Part shown: positions 1 through 9,173 of the stretch, in pieces
Numbering within the stretch: position 1 is the stretch's first letter
Layout of the letters: each line of letters opens with the position of its first letter
Assembly (NCBI GenBank): GCA_037445065.1
Contig: JBBILD010000001.1
Span: forward strand, 64,001-128,000
Reading direction: 5' to 3'
Length of the DNA stretch: 64,000 bases
Source of the DNA: Myxococcales bacterium
GTDB taxonomy: Bacteria > Desulfobacterota > Binatia > HRBIN30
Program-made: the position numbers and the translations under genes
Notes under the pieces: model-generated
Told to the model about the DNA's origin: nothing
The model's database searches: none
Seen by the model: only the letters and a program-made list of their open reading frames with translations

Positions 1-1342
1 ATGTTTTCAGCGTCAAACTAGCGAGCCTGCGCCGGAGCTTGGAAGGACGGCTCCCAAGAGAACCCACTGGCTGAAAGCCAATGCCTGCACGCTTTAGCAC
101 CTGAAGTTCGCGAGTTTTCGGCAAAAAGAAGTCGCGGATGCGTTCAAAGGCACGATCGATCTCCTCGGTCGAACGCGCGAAGCAAAAGCGTAAGTGCCCC
201 TCTCCCGTAGGACCGAATGCAACACCAGGGACGACGGCGACCTTGGCGACGCGCAAGAGTTCCCGTGCAAGGCGCATAGAGTCGCGTGCACAAGGGACGC
301 CGTCTTTAATGCGTGGAAAGGCAAAGTACGAGGCCTGTGGTGTCTGGTAGTCAAACACCCAAGGCAACGAATCCAAATGCTCGATCATTCTCCGCCTGCG
401 CGCCCGGAGTTCTTCCCGGAATCGTCGCACTAGTTTTTCGCCGTGCTCCAATGCCGCAAGGGCTCCGTACTGAGACGCAACGGGCGCACAGGTTACTAAT
501 GCGTCATGGGCGCGGAGGATACGTGCCGCGAGGTTCCGGTCCGTGTGCAGAAAGCCGACTCGCCAGCCAGTCATGGCGAACGCCTTAGAGAACGAGCAAA
601 TGCGGACCGTTCGGTGGCGGAAGTCCGGCCATCGGGCGGGACTCATGACCGGTCGCTCCACGTAAACAAAATCCTTGTAAACCTCATCAGAAATGACAAT
701 CAGGTTGTGTCGCTCAGCGAGATCGAGAAGCGAGCGAACCGCCTCTGGTGAGAAGATCGTGCCGGTTGGGTTGTTTGGCTGGGCAATGAGGATTGCGCGG
801 GTGCGCGAGGTCACTGCCTGTCGGCAACGCTCCGGATCGAGATCGAAACTCCTGTCTTCGTCGAGTGGAACGAAGCGCGCGTGTAGTCCGGCTAGCTTCA
901 ACGCGCTGAGATACGAGGTGTACGAGGGTGAGGGTAGAAGCACCTCGCATCCGGGTTCGAACAGTGCCAGCAGTGATGCGCTCAGACCTTCGATCGATCC
1001 GCAGGTGACGATGATTTCGGAGTCAGGATCGTAGTGCATCCCGTCCTGCTTCAACGTTTCGGCGATTTGCTCGCGCAGTCGTGGCAGGCCCGGGGACAGG
1101 GTGTACCGCGCACAAGAGCCGTCGCGGATGTGTTGAACGACGAACTGCTTGATTTCCTCCGGGGTATCGAAACTAGGGATCCCTTGCGCGAGCGAGATTA
1201 CGTCTGGGAGACCTGCTGCTTCCAGTTCGATGGCCTTGATCGGCGAGAGTACGAGTTCTTCCCACGGGCGTGGTGCAAGCGTACCCCAAAGTGAGGGATC
1301 CTCTGCCAATTGGCGTTTGCGGCTACCGTTCCTCTCGGCCAT
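1..1342 (-). CDS. PLP-dependent aminotransferase class I/II, runs off the left edge (3' partial)
   Basis: Not in the ORF track. Manual translation from ATG at 1342 gives ISLAQGIP, IIVTCGSIEG, QPNNPTG, ISDEVY, SFSKAFAMTGWRVG (PLP lysine) and VAVVPGVAFGPTGEGHLRFCFA, with no stop before position 1. Confidence 0.9.
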   Translation of the reverse strand, partial: MAERNGSRKRQLAEDPSLWGTLAPRPWEELVLSPIKAIELEAAGLPDVISLAQGIPSFDTPEEIKQFVVQHIRDGSCARYTLSPGLPRLREQIAETLKQDGMHYDPDSEIIVTCGSIEGLSASLLALFEPGCEVLLPSPSYTSYLSALKLAGLHARFVPLDEDRSFDLDPERCRQAVTSRTRAILIAQPNNPTGTIFSPEAVRSLLDLAERHNLIVISDEVYKDFVYVERPVMSPARWPDFRHRTVRICSFSKAFAMTGWRVGFLHTDRNLAARILRAHDALVTCAPVASQYGALAALEHGEKLVRRFREELRARRRRMIEHLDSLPWVFDYQTPQASYFAFPRIKDGVPCARDSMRLARELLRVAKVAVVPGVAFGPTGEGHLRFCFARSTEEIDRAFERIRDFFLPKTRELQVLKRAGIGFQPVGSLGSRPSKLRRRLASLTLKT

Positions 1343-2009
1343 GGTCCGTCCTGCGACTGGAACTGCCGAGCACGCGCTCGCATAGCGCAGCACTCGCATG
1401 TTCCGGTGTGCCGTCGAGGAGGAGTGCTTCCCATCGCCCCTGCCTCTCGCACACAACATGCACGGAACCCAGAGCGATATCGAGCTGCGCGATCGCGTGC
1501 TCCTGGCCCTCCATCAGGTGGGTGAGTAAGGTGCGGATAACGCCCTTGTGGAGCACGAATAAGGTGTGACGGGGCAAGTTCGGCCGCAGTCGTTCGAACG
1601 TCTGCCAAACGCGCTGGCGAAAGACGGGCACTGCCTCTCCACCCGGGTATGCGAAGTTTTCTGGGTGCTCGCGCCAGAGTTGATATCTCAAGGGATCTGC
1701 AGCTTTGATCTCTTGCTCCGTTAGGCCTTCCCATTCCCCGAAACAAATCTCGTCAAAGCCAGCGAGGGCGATCTGCTGAACTCCAGGGGCGATCAGCGAG
1801 GCGGCTTCCCGGCAGCGAGCGAGCGTGCTGGTGACTGCGATATCGAAGCACAGGCGTATGCGGTTGCAAATCGTGGCCACTGCACGCATCTGTCCTCGGC
1901 CAAGGTCGCTAAGTGGGACGTCCGTTTGCCCGTAGTAGCGGATCCGCGAGCCTCCGGTGGTTTCGCCGTGGCGCACAAAGACGAGACTCCGGCCGGGAAG
2001 TCGGCTCAT
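1323..2009 (-). CDS. Histidine phosphatase family protein (CobC/GpmB-like)
   Basis: FVRHGET motif, EICFGEWEG, YPGGE and second His in VLHKGVIR. Confidence 0.9.
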   Translation of the reverse strand: MSRLPGRSLVFVRHGETTGGSRIRYYGQTDVPLSDLGRGQMRAVATICNRIRLCFDIAVTSTLARCREAASLIAPGVQQIALAGFDEICFGEWEGLTEQEIKAADPLRYQLWREHPENFAYPGGEAVPVFRQRVWQTFERLRPNLPRHTLFVLHKGVIRTLLTHLMEGQEHAIAQLDIALGSVHVVCERQGRWEALLLDGTPEHASAALCERVLGSSSRRTDHGREER

Positions 2010-2012
2010 GGC

Positions 2013-2750
2013 TCAAAAGGAGACCCGTCGCATAATGGCTCGGGGTAACGAGCGAATCAAAGCCATCACAAGGCGCCACGTCGGGGGCGCGTAAACGACC
2101 GGCTGACCTGTGAGCAAGGCACGAACGACGACGCGTGCCACCTGATCCGGTCTGCCAGCGAGCGGCGGGGCCGGTAGGCCGGCAGTCATTTGAGTGTGAA
2201 CGAAGCCGGGCCGGACTTCGACGACCCTAAGACCTTGACCGCGATACTTGTGGTCCAGTCCTTCCAAGTAATAACGTAGGCCCGCTTTACTCGCGCCATA
2301 GAGAATGACCGGCTTCCGTGCGCGGTCGCCTGCAACCGACGTAAACACACAAAGCGTGCCGCCCCCGTTGGAGAGGAGCCGCGCCTTTGCGACTTCACAA
2401 AACAATATCGTATGGGTGAAATTAACGGTCAAAAGTTCGCGGAGTTGGCCCAGGTGCCGTTCGAGGTTTGATTGCTGAGCAAACAAACCGGCCGTGACAA
2501 CGACCGTGTCCAGCCCGCCCACCGCCTCCTCCGCTTGTTGGAGCGCCGGCTCGAAGCAGGCAGGATCCAGCAAGTCGCACCACACTGTGGCCACCGAGCC
2601 TTGGGCTCCATGGACTTCCAAGTCCCTTGCAGAGCGCAGAAGTTGCTCTGGGTCTCTGCCCAGAAGCACGATTCGGGCTCCCTTCTCCGCTAGAGCGCGC
2701 GCCAATGCCCTCCCCATTCCACTTGTTGCCCCGAGCAACGCGACCTTCAT
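2013..2750 (-). CDS. SDR oxidoreductase, DprE2-like (decaprenylphosphoryl-2-keto-ribose reductase family)
   Basis: LLGATSGMG Rossmann motif, SVAGDRAR, YGASK and VRPGFVHTQMT. ATG at 2750 overlaps the upstream stop (ATGA), directly after a DprE1-like gene. Confidence 0.8.
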   Translation of the reverse strand: MKVALLGATSGMGRALARALAEKGARIVLLGRDPEQLLRSARDLEVHGAQGSVATVWCDLLDPACFEPALQQAEEAVGGLDTVVVTAGLFAQQSNLERHLGQLRELLTVNFTHTILFCEVAKARLLSNGGGTLCVFTSVAGDRARKPVILYGASKAGLRYYLEGLDHKYRGQGLRVVEVRPGFVHTQMTAGLPAPPLAGRPDQVARVVVRALLTGQPVVYAPPTWRLVMALIRSLPRAIMRRVSF

Positions 2751-4081
2751 ACCGAGTCTCCGAAAAGCCTTACCGATAGGGCACTGCGCAGCCGGCGGTG
2801 TGGGTCCCACCTCTCGCGGATCGCTCGGAATCGTTCCAACCTAGGCTCCATGCGTTCAAAATGCTCTCTGCGCGTGAAGGCATCCTTAGCGAGGTAGACT
2901 CGTCCTCCGGCTTCAATAACGAATTCGTTTAAACAGTCGACAATTTTTTGCGTGTTCTCTCGCACCGGCATATCGAGTGCGTAAGAGATTCCAGGCTTGG
3001 GAAACGATAAAATCCCATTTCCCTCTGCCCCGCAGTCTTTGATGACAGCCAGAAAGATCGGTGCTTCCAATTTCTGTAACTGCTTTGCGAACTGCTCATG
3101 GAGGCCGAAGTCGCGGTCAGCAGGTAGAACGCACTGGTACTGCGTGAATCCCCGCGAGCCGTAAACGCGGTTCCAATTTTTCAAGGCGTCAAGGGGGTAG
3201 AAAAACTCGTTTGGTGACACGACCTTCCTCCGAGCCCGCTGTCGGGCGCGCAAAAAGTATGCTCCATTGAACCAGCGAACCATCCACGGTTGGAGAAACC
3301 AGTTCGGGAAAACGTCGGGAACCGGGAGGGGGTCGGGGTCGCGGGGTGCATAGGGAGGCGCCTCGTAGGGGTGGGCCCAGCGGCCTTTCATGACCGCTCC
3401 GCGACCGAAGCGGGGAGGAGGATTCAAAAAGTCAGCCCAAGCAACGGTGAACGGCCAGGTGCGGCCCGCCGCGCGCAAGGCCTCCAGCAAACCGCGGAGT
3501 GTGCCATGAATTTCAACCTCCTCCAGGATCCAAGGCGACGGGATTGGTTTGAGTTGGAATTCGACTTCCAAGATATGCCCGGTTAGTCCCATGCCGCCAA
3601 TGGTGGCGAAGAACAGATCTGAGTGTTCGTCTCGCGAACACTCCACGACGTCACCGGACGCGACCCGAATGAGAATCCGATGCACGTGCTCCCCGAAAGA
3701 GCCTTCTACGTGGTGCATCTTCCCGTGCACATCTGCAGCGACCATGCCGCCGATGCTGACGAATTTCGTTCCAGGTGAAACGGGGACGAACCAACCGCGC
3801 GGCAAGAAAAGTCGATTCAGGCGCCAAAGCGGGCAACCCGACTCGGTTCGGATCTTTCCGGTCAACTCATCAAAAAACAAAACGCGGTCGGCCAGTTCGG
3901 TTCCGAGGAGGCAATCCGCGGGGGAGGCGGGAAGCGCGGCGTCCCCATAAGAGCGGCCCAGACCGCGAGCTAAAGCGACGCCTTCGCACTTGCGGCGGAG
4001 GTCCTCATGTAGGCAGATCCTCCCTTCCGTGACCGGATACCGCCCCCAACCAAAAAGCCTCTGAGAAACCGAGCAGGCCAT
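2747..4081 (-). CDS. FAD-linked oxidase, DprE1-like (decaprenylphosphoryl-beta-D-ribose oxidase family)
   Basis: GWGR, ARGLGRSYGDA, PVSPGTKFVSIGGMVAADVHGK, GGMGLTG, FFYPLD, YGSRGFTQYQ, GGRVYLAKD. GGAGG upstream of ATG 4081. Confidence 0.88.
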   Translation of the reverse strand: MACSVSQRLFGWGRYPVTEGRICLHEDLRRKCEGVALARGLGRSYGDAALPASPADCLLGTELADRVLFFDELTGKIRTESGCPLWRLNRLFLPRGWFVPVSPGTKFVSIGGMVAADVHGKMHHVEGSFGEHVHRILIRVASGDVVECSRDEHSDLFFATIGGMGLTGHILEVEFQLKPIPSPWILEEVEIHGTLRGLLEALRAAGRTWPFTVAWADFLNPPPRFGRGAVMKGRWAHPYEAPPYAPRDPDPLPVPDVFPNWFLQPWMVRWFNGAYFLRARQRARRKVVSPNEFFYPLDALKNWNRVYGSRGFTQYQCVLPADRDFGLHEQFAKQLQKLEAPIFLAVIKDCGAEGNGILSFPKPGISYALDMPVRENTQKIVDCLNEFVIEAGGRVYLAKDAFTRREHFERMEPRLERFRAIRERWDPHRRLRSALSVRLFGDSV

Positions 4082-4083
4082 CT

Positions 4084-5046
4084 TCAAGCCCTCCCGCCCC
4101 TTGGTTGGGTTTTACGACGCGAAACTTCGGCTGCCTGGTCTGACATAAGAGCGCGAACTTCTTCGAGACTGGGAATCCCGGCTCGGCCCCCAAATTTTCG
4201 GCACTTTAAAGCGGCGCTAGCAGCCGCAAATCGCAGGGTTTTCTCGATGGGCCAGCCCTGGAGGAGCCCATGTATGCACCCTGCATGGAACAGGTCTCCG
4301 GCCCCGGTCGTGTCCAAGGCAAGCACACGATAGGCTGGCACAAAGATGGTCCGTTCCTCAGCGCGCGCGACGGCGCCTCCGGTCCCCAAGGTCACCCCTA
4401 CAAGCCAAGGTCCAAGGCGGGCCACCTTTTCCACGGCCTTCTCGATCCGGTCCTCGCCGGTAAGGCGAAAGAAAAAATCGCGGCTGGCGATGAGTACATC
4501 GGTAAGGGCCAAGAGTTCGTTTATGGCTTGGGCCGGTTGATCGATGTCGAGAACGACTTGCACCCCGAACTCCTTGGCTCGCCGCGCCGATTCGATAGCA
4601 GTCCACGGGTCCACGGCATCGAGCAGGAGAAAACGAGCTCCTTTCAGGATTTCCGACGGCACCACTGGCAGCCGGAAGGGGTCTCCGCAGGGTCCGGCGA
4701 GCACAGACCGTTCACCCGTTGCGCGATCAACCAAAATCACCGAAACCGGCTGACTCTGATTGCGGAGCACTACAGAGGCATGCAGGTTCACCCCCTCCCG
4801 CGCAAGGGCTGAACGGACGAGGAGACCTCCAGGGTCATCGCCGAAGACGCCTACGTAGGCCACGGGGATCCCCCAGCGACGCAGAGCTACCAAAGCCGTC
4901 GGTACTTGACCGCCGGGTTGGGTTTCGTAGCGGAGAAGCGGCTGCTTCCCGTCGAGGCGAGGGTGACGGTGAACCACGCAAAGGTGGTCCACTGTGCTTT
5001 GCCCACTACCCACCACCAAAGCCGAACTGAGGCGACTCGTCAACAC
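4084..5046 (-). CDS. PfkB/ribokinase-family carbohydrate kinase
   Basis: PGGQ N-terminal motif, VTLGTGG and DTTGAGDLFHAG signature. Confidence 0.9.
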   Translation of the reverse strand: MLTSRLSSALVVGSGQSTVDHLCVVHRHPRLDGKQPLLRYETQPGGQVPTALVALRRWGIPVAYVGVFGDDPGGLLVRSALAREGVNLHASVVLRNQSQPVSVILVDRATGERSVLAGPCGDPFRLPVVPSEILKGARFLLLDAVDPWTAIESARRAKEFGVQVVLDIDQPAQAINELLALTDVLIASRDFFFRLTGEDRIEKAVEKVARLGPWLVGVTLGTGGAVARAEERTIFVPAYRVLALDTTGAGDLFHAGCIHGLLQGWPIEKTLRFAAASAALKCRKFGGRAGIPSLEEVRALMSDQAAEVSRRKTQPRGGRA

Positions 5047-5211
5047 GGATCCTTGTTGTAGCTAATTACCATGCCGAACAGATGCCGGCCATGAGCAGGT
5101 GAGGGACACTCTTCGCACCTGCGGGGAAGCTCTTTCACTGTTGGGGCCCTTGATCACGGTCGGTTACCTACGCAGCACGGATCCTGAACTCAATTCGGAG
5201 GACTCCTGAAA

Positions 5212-6066
5212 TCAGTCACCGGAGGGGACTAACGCAATGACCCGGGCTGGGCTGCCGCTGCCGTTTACAATCGGGAGCGGCAGGGCAAAGATCCAGGCCC
5301 CCGTCGGAGGAAGTTGCTCCACGTTTGCAAGATTCTCGAACGCCGGTTTGTTTGCTGCGGAGAGGACCCGGTGCACCGGAAAAGAGCGAGATCGCCCAGG
5401 ATCTACGCTGGCCGTGTCTACCCCAAGCGCAGCGATGTTCCTCTGCTCGACCAGGAATGACACCGCCTCAGCCGAAAACCCCGGGAAGCGAAGACCCGAA
5501 GTGTCCCCGGGCTGATCAGATCCCAGGTATTGCTTCTTGTTTCCCCAGTACCGGCCCCAGCCACTCAACATCACCACGATCGCGCCCCCGGGCAGTGGAC
5601 CGTGGCGCTGTTCCCAAAGCAAAACGTCCTGGACGGTCAGTTCATAATCCGTGTTACGGGCTGCCTGTTCCCGAACGTCAATGACCACCGCCGGACCGAC
5701 ACAGGCGCTCAACGGTACTGCGTCGGCCGCTAGCTTCCCCTCCCCAAAATGAAGGGGGGCATCCATGTGCGTCCCCCCGTGCTCTGCCATGCGAAAGTTG
5801 TTTGCCGCGTACCAGTACCCCTCAGGCGTCCAGCCGCGGTGAACCGGTTCGAGCGTAAAAGGAAGGCTGGTGGGCCAAAAGATCGTGTCCGGCCCCAGCG
5901 AGTGGGTGAGGTCCACGAGCCGCACGGAAGCGAGCCATGGCGTGACTTGGGCTTTTTCCCACATCTGATGCGGCAGCTTTGGCCCCTTCGGGGCGCACGC
6001 AGCGAGAGAAAGGGTAGCCAGAACTACCGCCGTTACGTGGTGACCATGAGCAGTGGGCATGCTCAC
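5212..6066 (-). CDS. Cyclase-family metal hydrolase (kynurenine formamidase/isatin hydrolase-like), predicted lipoprotein
   Basis: EHGGTHMDAPLH motif, GVDTASVD, ENLANV, GSGSPARV. N-terminal hydrophobic stretch ends in lipobox LAAC. Confidence 0.88.
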   Translation of the reverse strand: MSMPTAHGHHVTAVVLATLSLAACAPKGPKLPHQMWEKAQVTPWLASVRLVDLTHSLGPDTIFWPTSLPFTLEPVHRGWTPEGYWYAANNFRMAEHGGTHMDAPLHFGEGKLAADAVPLSACVGPAVVIDVREQAARNTDYELTVQDVLLWEQRHGPLPGGAIVVMLSGWGRYWGNKKQYLGSDQPGDTSGLRFPGFSAEAVSFLVEQRNIAALGVDTASVDPGRSRSFPVHRVLSAANKPAFENLANVEQLPPTGAWIFALPLPIVNGSGSPARVIALVPSGD

Positions 6067-6148
6067 CGCGTACGAAAATCGCGGGCTTCAAGTCAATCGT
6101 GGCGTGGGTGAACTGTCCGCTTTTCTGAACCACGATCGCCGGGTGCCC

Positions 6149-6177
6149 TTGACGAAAGGAGATCAAGATCGCATTAT
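6149..6177 (+). promoter_or_regulatory. Candidate sigma-70 promoter for the downstream sigma factor gene
   Basis: TTGACG (6149-6154), 17 nt spacer, CATTAT (6172-6177) in the divergent intergenic region. Confidence 0.45.
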
Positions 6178-6310
6178 AAAAACCGTTTCGCGGGGGCTGG
6201 CTGGCAGGAGTACCTGTACGGCGAGGGCCTCTCACGATGGTTGAAACAAAGAGCGAAATTGCTCTGGACCTTCGCTGAATTTTCACCAATGATGTGCGTC
6301 GAAGACGGCC

Positions 6311-7510
6311 ATGTTCGATACGGACTACAACACTGAGTATGCAATGACGGATCAAACCTCACTCATCGAGGAGGAGCTGCCACGCTCTGAGGAGGCTACG
6401 GAGTCGCCAGAGGCAGAGGACCTCCTGGAACTGGAAAGCCGGGATGTGGAGTCGTTGTTTTCCGCAGACCTGGCCACCACTAGCGTTCTGTCCCGTGCCG
6501 AAGAGGAATCTCTTGCACGGCGGATTGCGCGTGCTCGGGAGCGAATTCTCAAGGTCCTACATGGGGCAAAAACCCTCAGCCGTCATGCCCTCGAGGACGC
6601 TGGTCGGGGGGTGATTTTGCCAGAAGAAGACTTCCGCGAGCGGGAGACAGTGACCATCCTGCGTTTTGCCGAGGCAATTCTGGCAGATCAGAAGCTCCAT
6701 CGCAGGAAAGAGTTTGTGCGCCGGACGGGCTTCCGCAGCGTGCGGCGTTTGCGCAAATTCGTAGACGATTTGACTAAGGCGTTGAACGACTACCGAGTTT
6801 TGCGAGACGAAATGATGCGAGCGAACCTCAGGCTTGTGAATCTGTTCGCCCGCAGATACCGCCACCCGGTGTTGACGTCGCTCGACCTGTTCCAAGAGGG
6901 CACCATCGGCCTCTTGCGAGCGATCGAGAAGTATGACCCGCAGCGGAACATCAAGTTCAGTACCTACGCTACGTGGTGGATCTGGCAGCAGCTCAGCCGA
7001 GCTGCAGACATGCAGGGGTCGTTGATTCGTTTGCCGGTACACTGGAACCAGTTCCGGCGCCGGATCGGGCGAGACGCAAGGGAACTCGCCATGGAAAACG
7101 AGCGGCCAGTGACTCGGGACGAGATTGCAGCGACCCATGGGTTGGACCGAGAGCGCTTCGAAGCCATGGCGCAGAGCTTCCAGTTCGTTTCGACCGACGC
7201 GCCGATCGGTGAAGATGACGATCGCACTCTGGAGAGCACCCTCGCTTCGGATAGTCCTGAACCAGAAGGTGTGGCGGAGAAGGCGTCATTACGCGAGCGC
7301 CTGGAAGACGCTTTGCGACAACTCCCAGAGCGCGAGCGGATCATTCTACGGCACCGATTTGGGTTGGATGACGACGAAACCGAAACCCTCGAGCAGCTTG
7401 GCCGACAGTTCGGAGTCAGTCGCGAACGGATCCGGCAGCTTGAAGCACGTGGCCTGAAGATGCTTCGCGCAATCTGTGCCCAGCAAGGCTTGCAGGATTA
7501 TCTCGAGTAA
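6311..7510 (+). CDS. Sigma-70 family RNA polymerase sigma factor (RpoD/RpoS-like, group 2-like)
   Basis: VLSRAEEESLARRI (1.2), [38 protein letters not shown] (2), IRLPVH, TLEQLGRQFGVSRERIRQLE (4.2). Start may be 6344. Confidence 0.9.
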   Translation: MFDTDYNTEYAMTDQTSLIEEELPRSEEATESPEAEDLLELESRDVESLFSADLATTSVLSRAEEESLARRIARARERILKVLHGAKTLSRHALEDAGRGVILPEEDFRERETVTILRFAEAILADQKLHRRKEFVRRTGFRSVRRLRKFVDDLTKALNDYRVLRDEMMRANLRLVNLFARRYRHPVLTSLDLFQEGTIGLLRAIEKYDPQRNIKFSTYATWWIWQQLSRAADMQGSLIRLPVHWNQFRRRIGRDARELAMENERPVTRDEIAATHGLDRERFEAMAQSFQFVSTDAPIGEDDDRTLESTLASDSPEPEGVAEKASLRERLEDALRQLPERERIILRHRFGLDDDETETLEQLGRQFGVSRERIRQLEARGLKMLRAICAQQGLQDYLE

Positions 7511-7554
7511 CGCGGGACGGAAGCTAGTAGGAACCACGCAGTCCGGCGGCGGCG

Positions 7555-7908
7555 TTACTGTGGCCAGCCGCCGGACTGTTTTCCACTAGGGGATTCCAAA
7601 GAAAACAGCGGCCCGCGCAGATAGGTGCTACGGCACTGAGGACATCGGCTCGGTTTCGAAAGGCGATCGCGCTCCGAAAATTGGAATCCGCATTTGAGGC
7701 ACTGAGCCGGATGGACAAGAAATTTCCCTGTCCGGGTAGCCGAACGCCGTAGGTGCTCCAGGTGCGAAGCCAACTCCTTTTCTGAAATTTTCAAACGTTG
7801 GGAGAGGCAACGCAGCGAATGTACGCCTTGCTCCAGAAGCTGCGCGAGTTGCTGTCGGATCGTTTGATCCCGAGATCCGGTGCCGGGCTGTGTCGGGCGC
7901 GGTGGCAT
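7555..7908 (-). CDS. HTH + zinc-ribbon putative transcriptional regulator (COG3357-like)
   Basis: TIRQQL..LL, ISEKELASHLEHLRRS, then CLKCGF and KPSRCPQCRS. Confidence 0.75.
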   Translation of the reverse strand: MPPRPTQPGTGSRDQTIRQQLAQLLEQGVHSLRCLSQRLKISEKELASHLEHLRRSATRTGKFLVHPAQCLKCGFQFSERDRLSKPSRCPQCRSTYLRGPLFSLESPSGKQSGGWPQ

Positions 7909-7962
7909 CGTCGAGCGCTTCTCATTTCTTTTATAGTCTGGTTGAGTTACGCGTGTAAGGGT

Positions 7963-8631
7963 ATGTCCAAGGAACCTGTTGGTGACTTTGCACGCGCCCG
8001 GAACGGCTTAATCGAGGAGTTGCGCCAGGACGGGATTCGGGATCCTCGAGTCTTGCAAGCGATCGCGCGGGTCCCGCGCGAGGAGTTCGTGCTGCTGCGG
8101 GATCGGGATCGCGCGTATGAAAATCGCGCTTTGCCAATCGAGCGCGGCCAGACAATCTCGCAGCCATTGATCGTTGCAATGATGACTGAGCTTTTGGAGC
8201 TGAAAGGCGGCGAGAAGGTGCTCGAAGTGGGAACGGGCTCTGGCTATCAAGCAGCGGTCTTAAGCCTGCTGTGTGGTTCGGTGTTTTCGATCGAAATTGA
8301 TGCGGATTTGGCGGAACAAGCACGCGAGCGCCTCAGCCGCCTGGGCTACTCCAACGTCCAGGTTCGAGTTGGAGACGGTTTCTATGGCTGGCCTGAAGAA
8401 GCGCCGTTTGACGCGATCATCGTGACGGCGGTGGCGCCCCGGATTCCCGAGCCACTGATCGAACAGCTGAAGCCGCAGGGCGTACTCGTCTTGCCCTTAG
8501 AAGAAGGCTGGAGTGAGACCTTAGTGCGCGTTCGCAAGTTGGAAGATGGCTCTCTTCAGAAAGAGCGCTTTGGCGCGGTTGCTTTTGTGCCCATGCGGGG
8601 AGCCATCCGCGCACAGGAAGCGCAGCACTGA
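7963..8631 (+). CDS. pcm: Protein-L-isoaspartate O-methyltransferase
   Basis: VPREEFV, AYENRALPI, GQTISQP, VLEVGTGSGYQAA, GDGFYGWPEEAPFDAI, FVPM. Start uncertain (see finding). Confidence 0.93.
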   Translation: MSKEPVGDFARARNGLIEELRQDGIRDPRVLQAIARVPREEFVLLRDRDRAYENRALPIERGQTISQPLIVAMMTELLELKGGEKVLEVGTGSGYQAAVLSLLCGSVFSIEIDADLAEQARERLSRLGYSNVQVRVGDGFYGWPEEAPFDAIIVTAVAPRIPEPLIEQLKPQGVLVLPLEEGWSETLVRVRKLEDGSLQKERFGAVAFVPMRGAIRAQEAQH

Positions 8632-8722
8632 CCTCTCGTACGCTTGGCAATGCGTGAAATGTGCGGTATGGCGGACGCTGGCGGTCATTGATGGCCCTGT
8701 GAGAATGGGAGGACGTGAGTTT

Positions 8723-9136
8723 ATGAGAGGGAAGGCTTCGTTGGGGATTTTGTTTGTGTGGATCGGGGGATTGCTGAGCGTTGGCGCTGCAAGAGCTAAG
8801 GAACCACCACCTCCGGCAAAGGCCGCGTACTTGAGATACTGCTCGGCGTGCCACGGAGCGACAGGGAAGGGCGACGGGGTGGTGTCGCATTTGATGAATC
8901 CCCGGCCAGCCGACCTCACGCAGCTCGCAAAGAAGAACAGAGGAGAGTTCCCGTTCCTGCGGATTATCCGGATCATTGATGGACGTGAAACGCTCCGCGC
9001 GCACGGTGACCCTGATATGCCTGTGTGGGGAGAGATTTTTGCGTCAGAAGTGGTTGGTTCCCTGCACAAAGAGGCTGCAATTCGGGGGAAAGTGCTACTG
9101 ATCACAGAGTACCTGGAATCCATCCAGGAGAGATAA
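8723..9136 (+). CDS. Periplasmic monoheme cytochrome c
   Basis: Signal peptide, CSACHG, PADLT, DMPVWG (likely Met ligand). GGAGG at 8708-8712. Confidence 0.88.
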   Translation: MRGKASLGILFVWIGGLLSVGAARAKEPPPPAKAAYLRYCSACHGATGKGDGVVSHLMNPRPADLTQLAKKNRGEFPFLRIIRIIDGRETLRAHGDPDMPVWGEIFASEVVGSLHKEAAIRGKVLLITEYLESIQER

Positions 9137-9173
9137 AGTTTGGTCGTGGACGGTTTGCTCCCCGCGGGTGAAT

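Noticed and set aside
5095..5122. GCAGGTG...CACCTGC hairpin as a riboswitch upstream of the pfkB operon
   Set aside because: Short stem with no recognisable aptamer motifs; expected by chance at this GC content.
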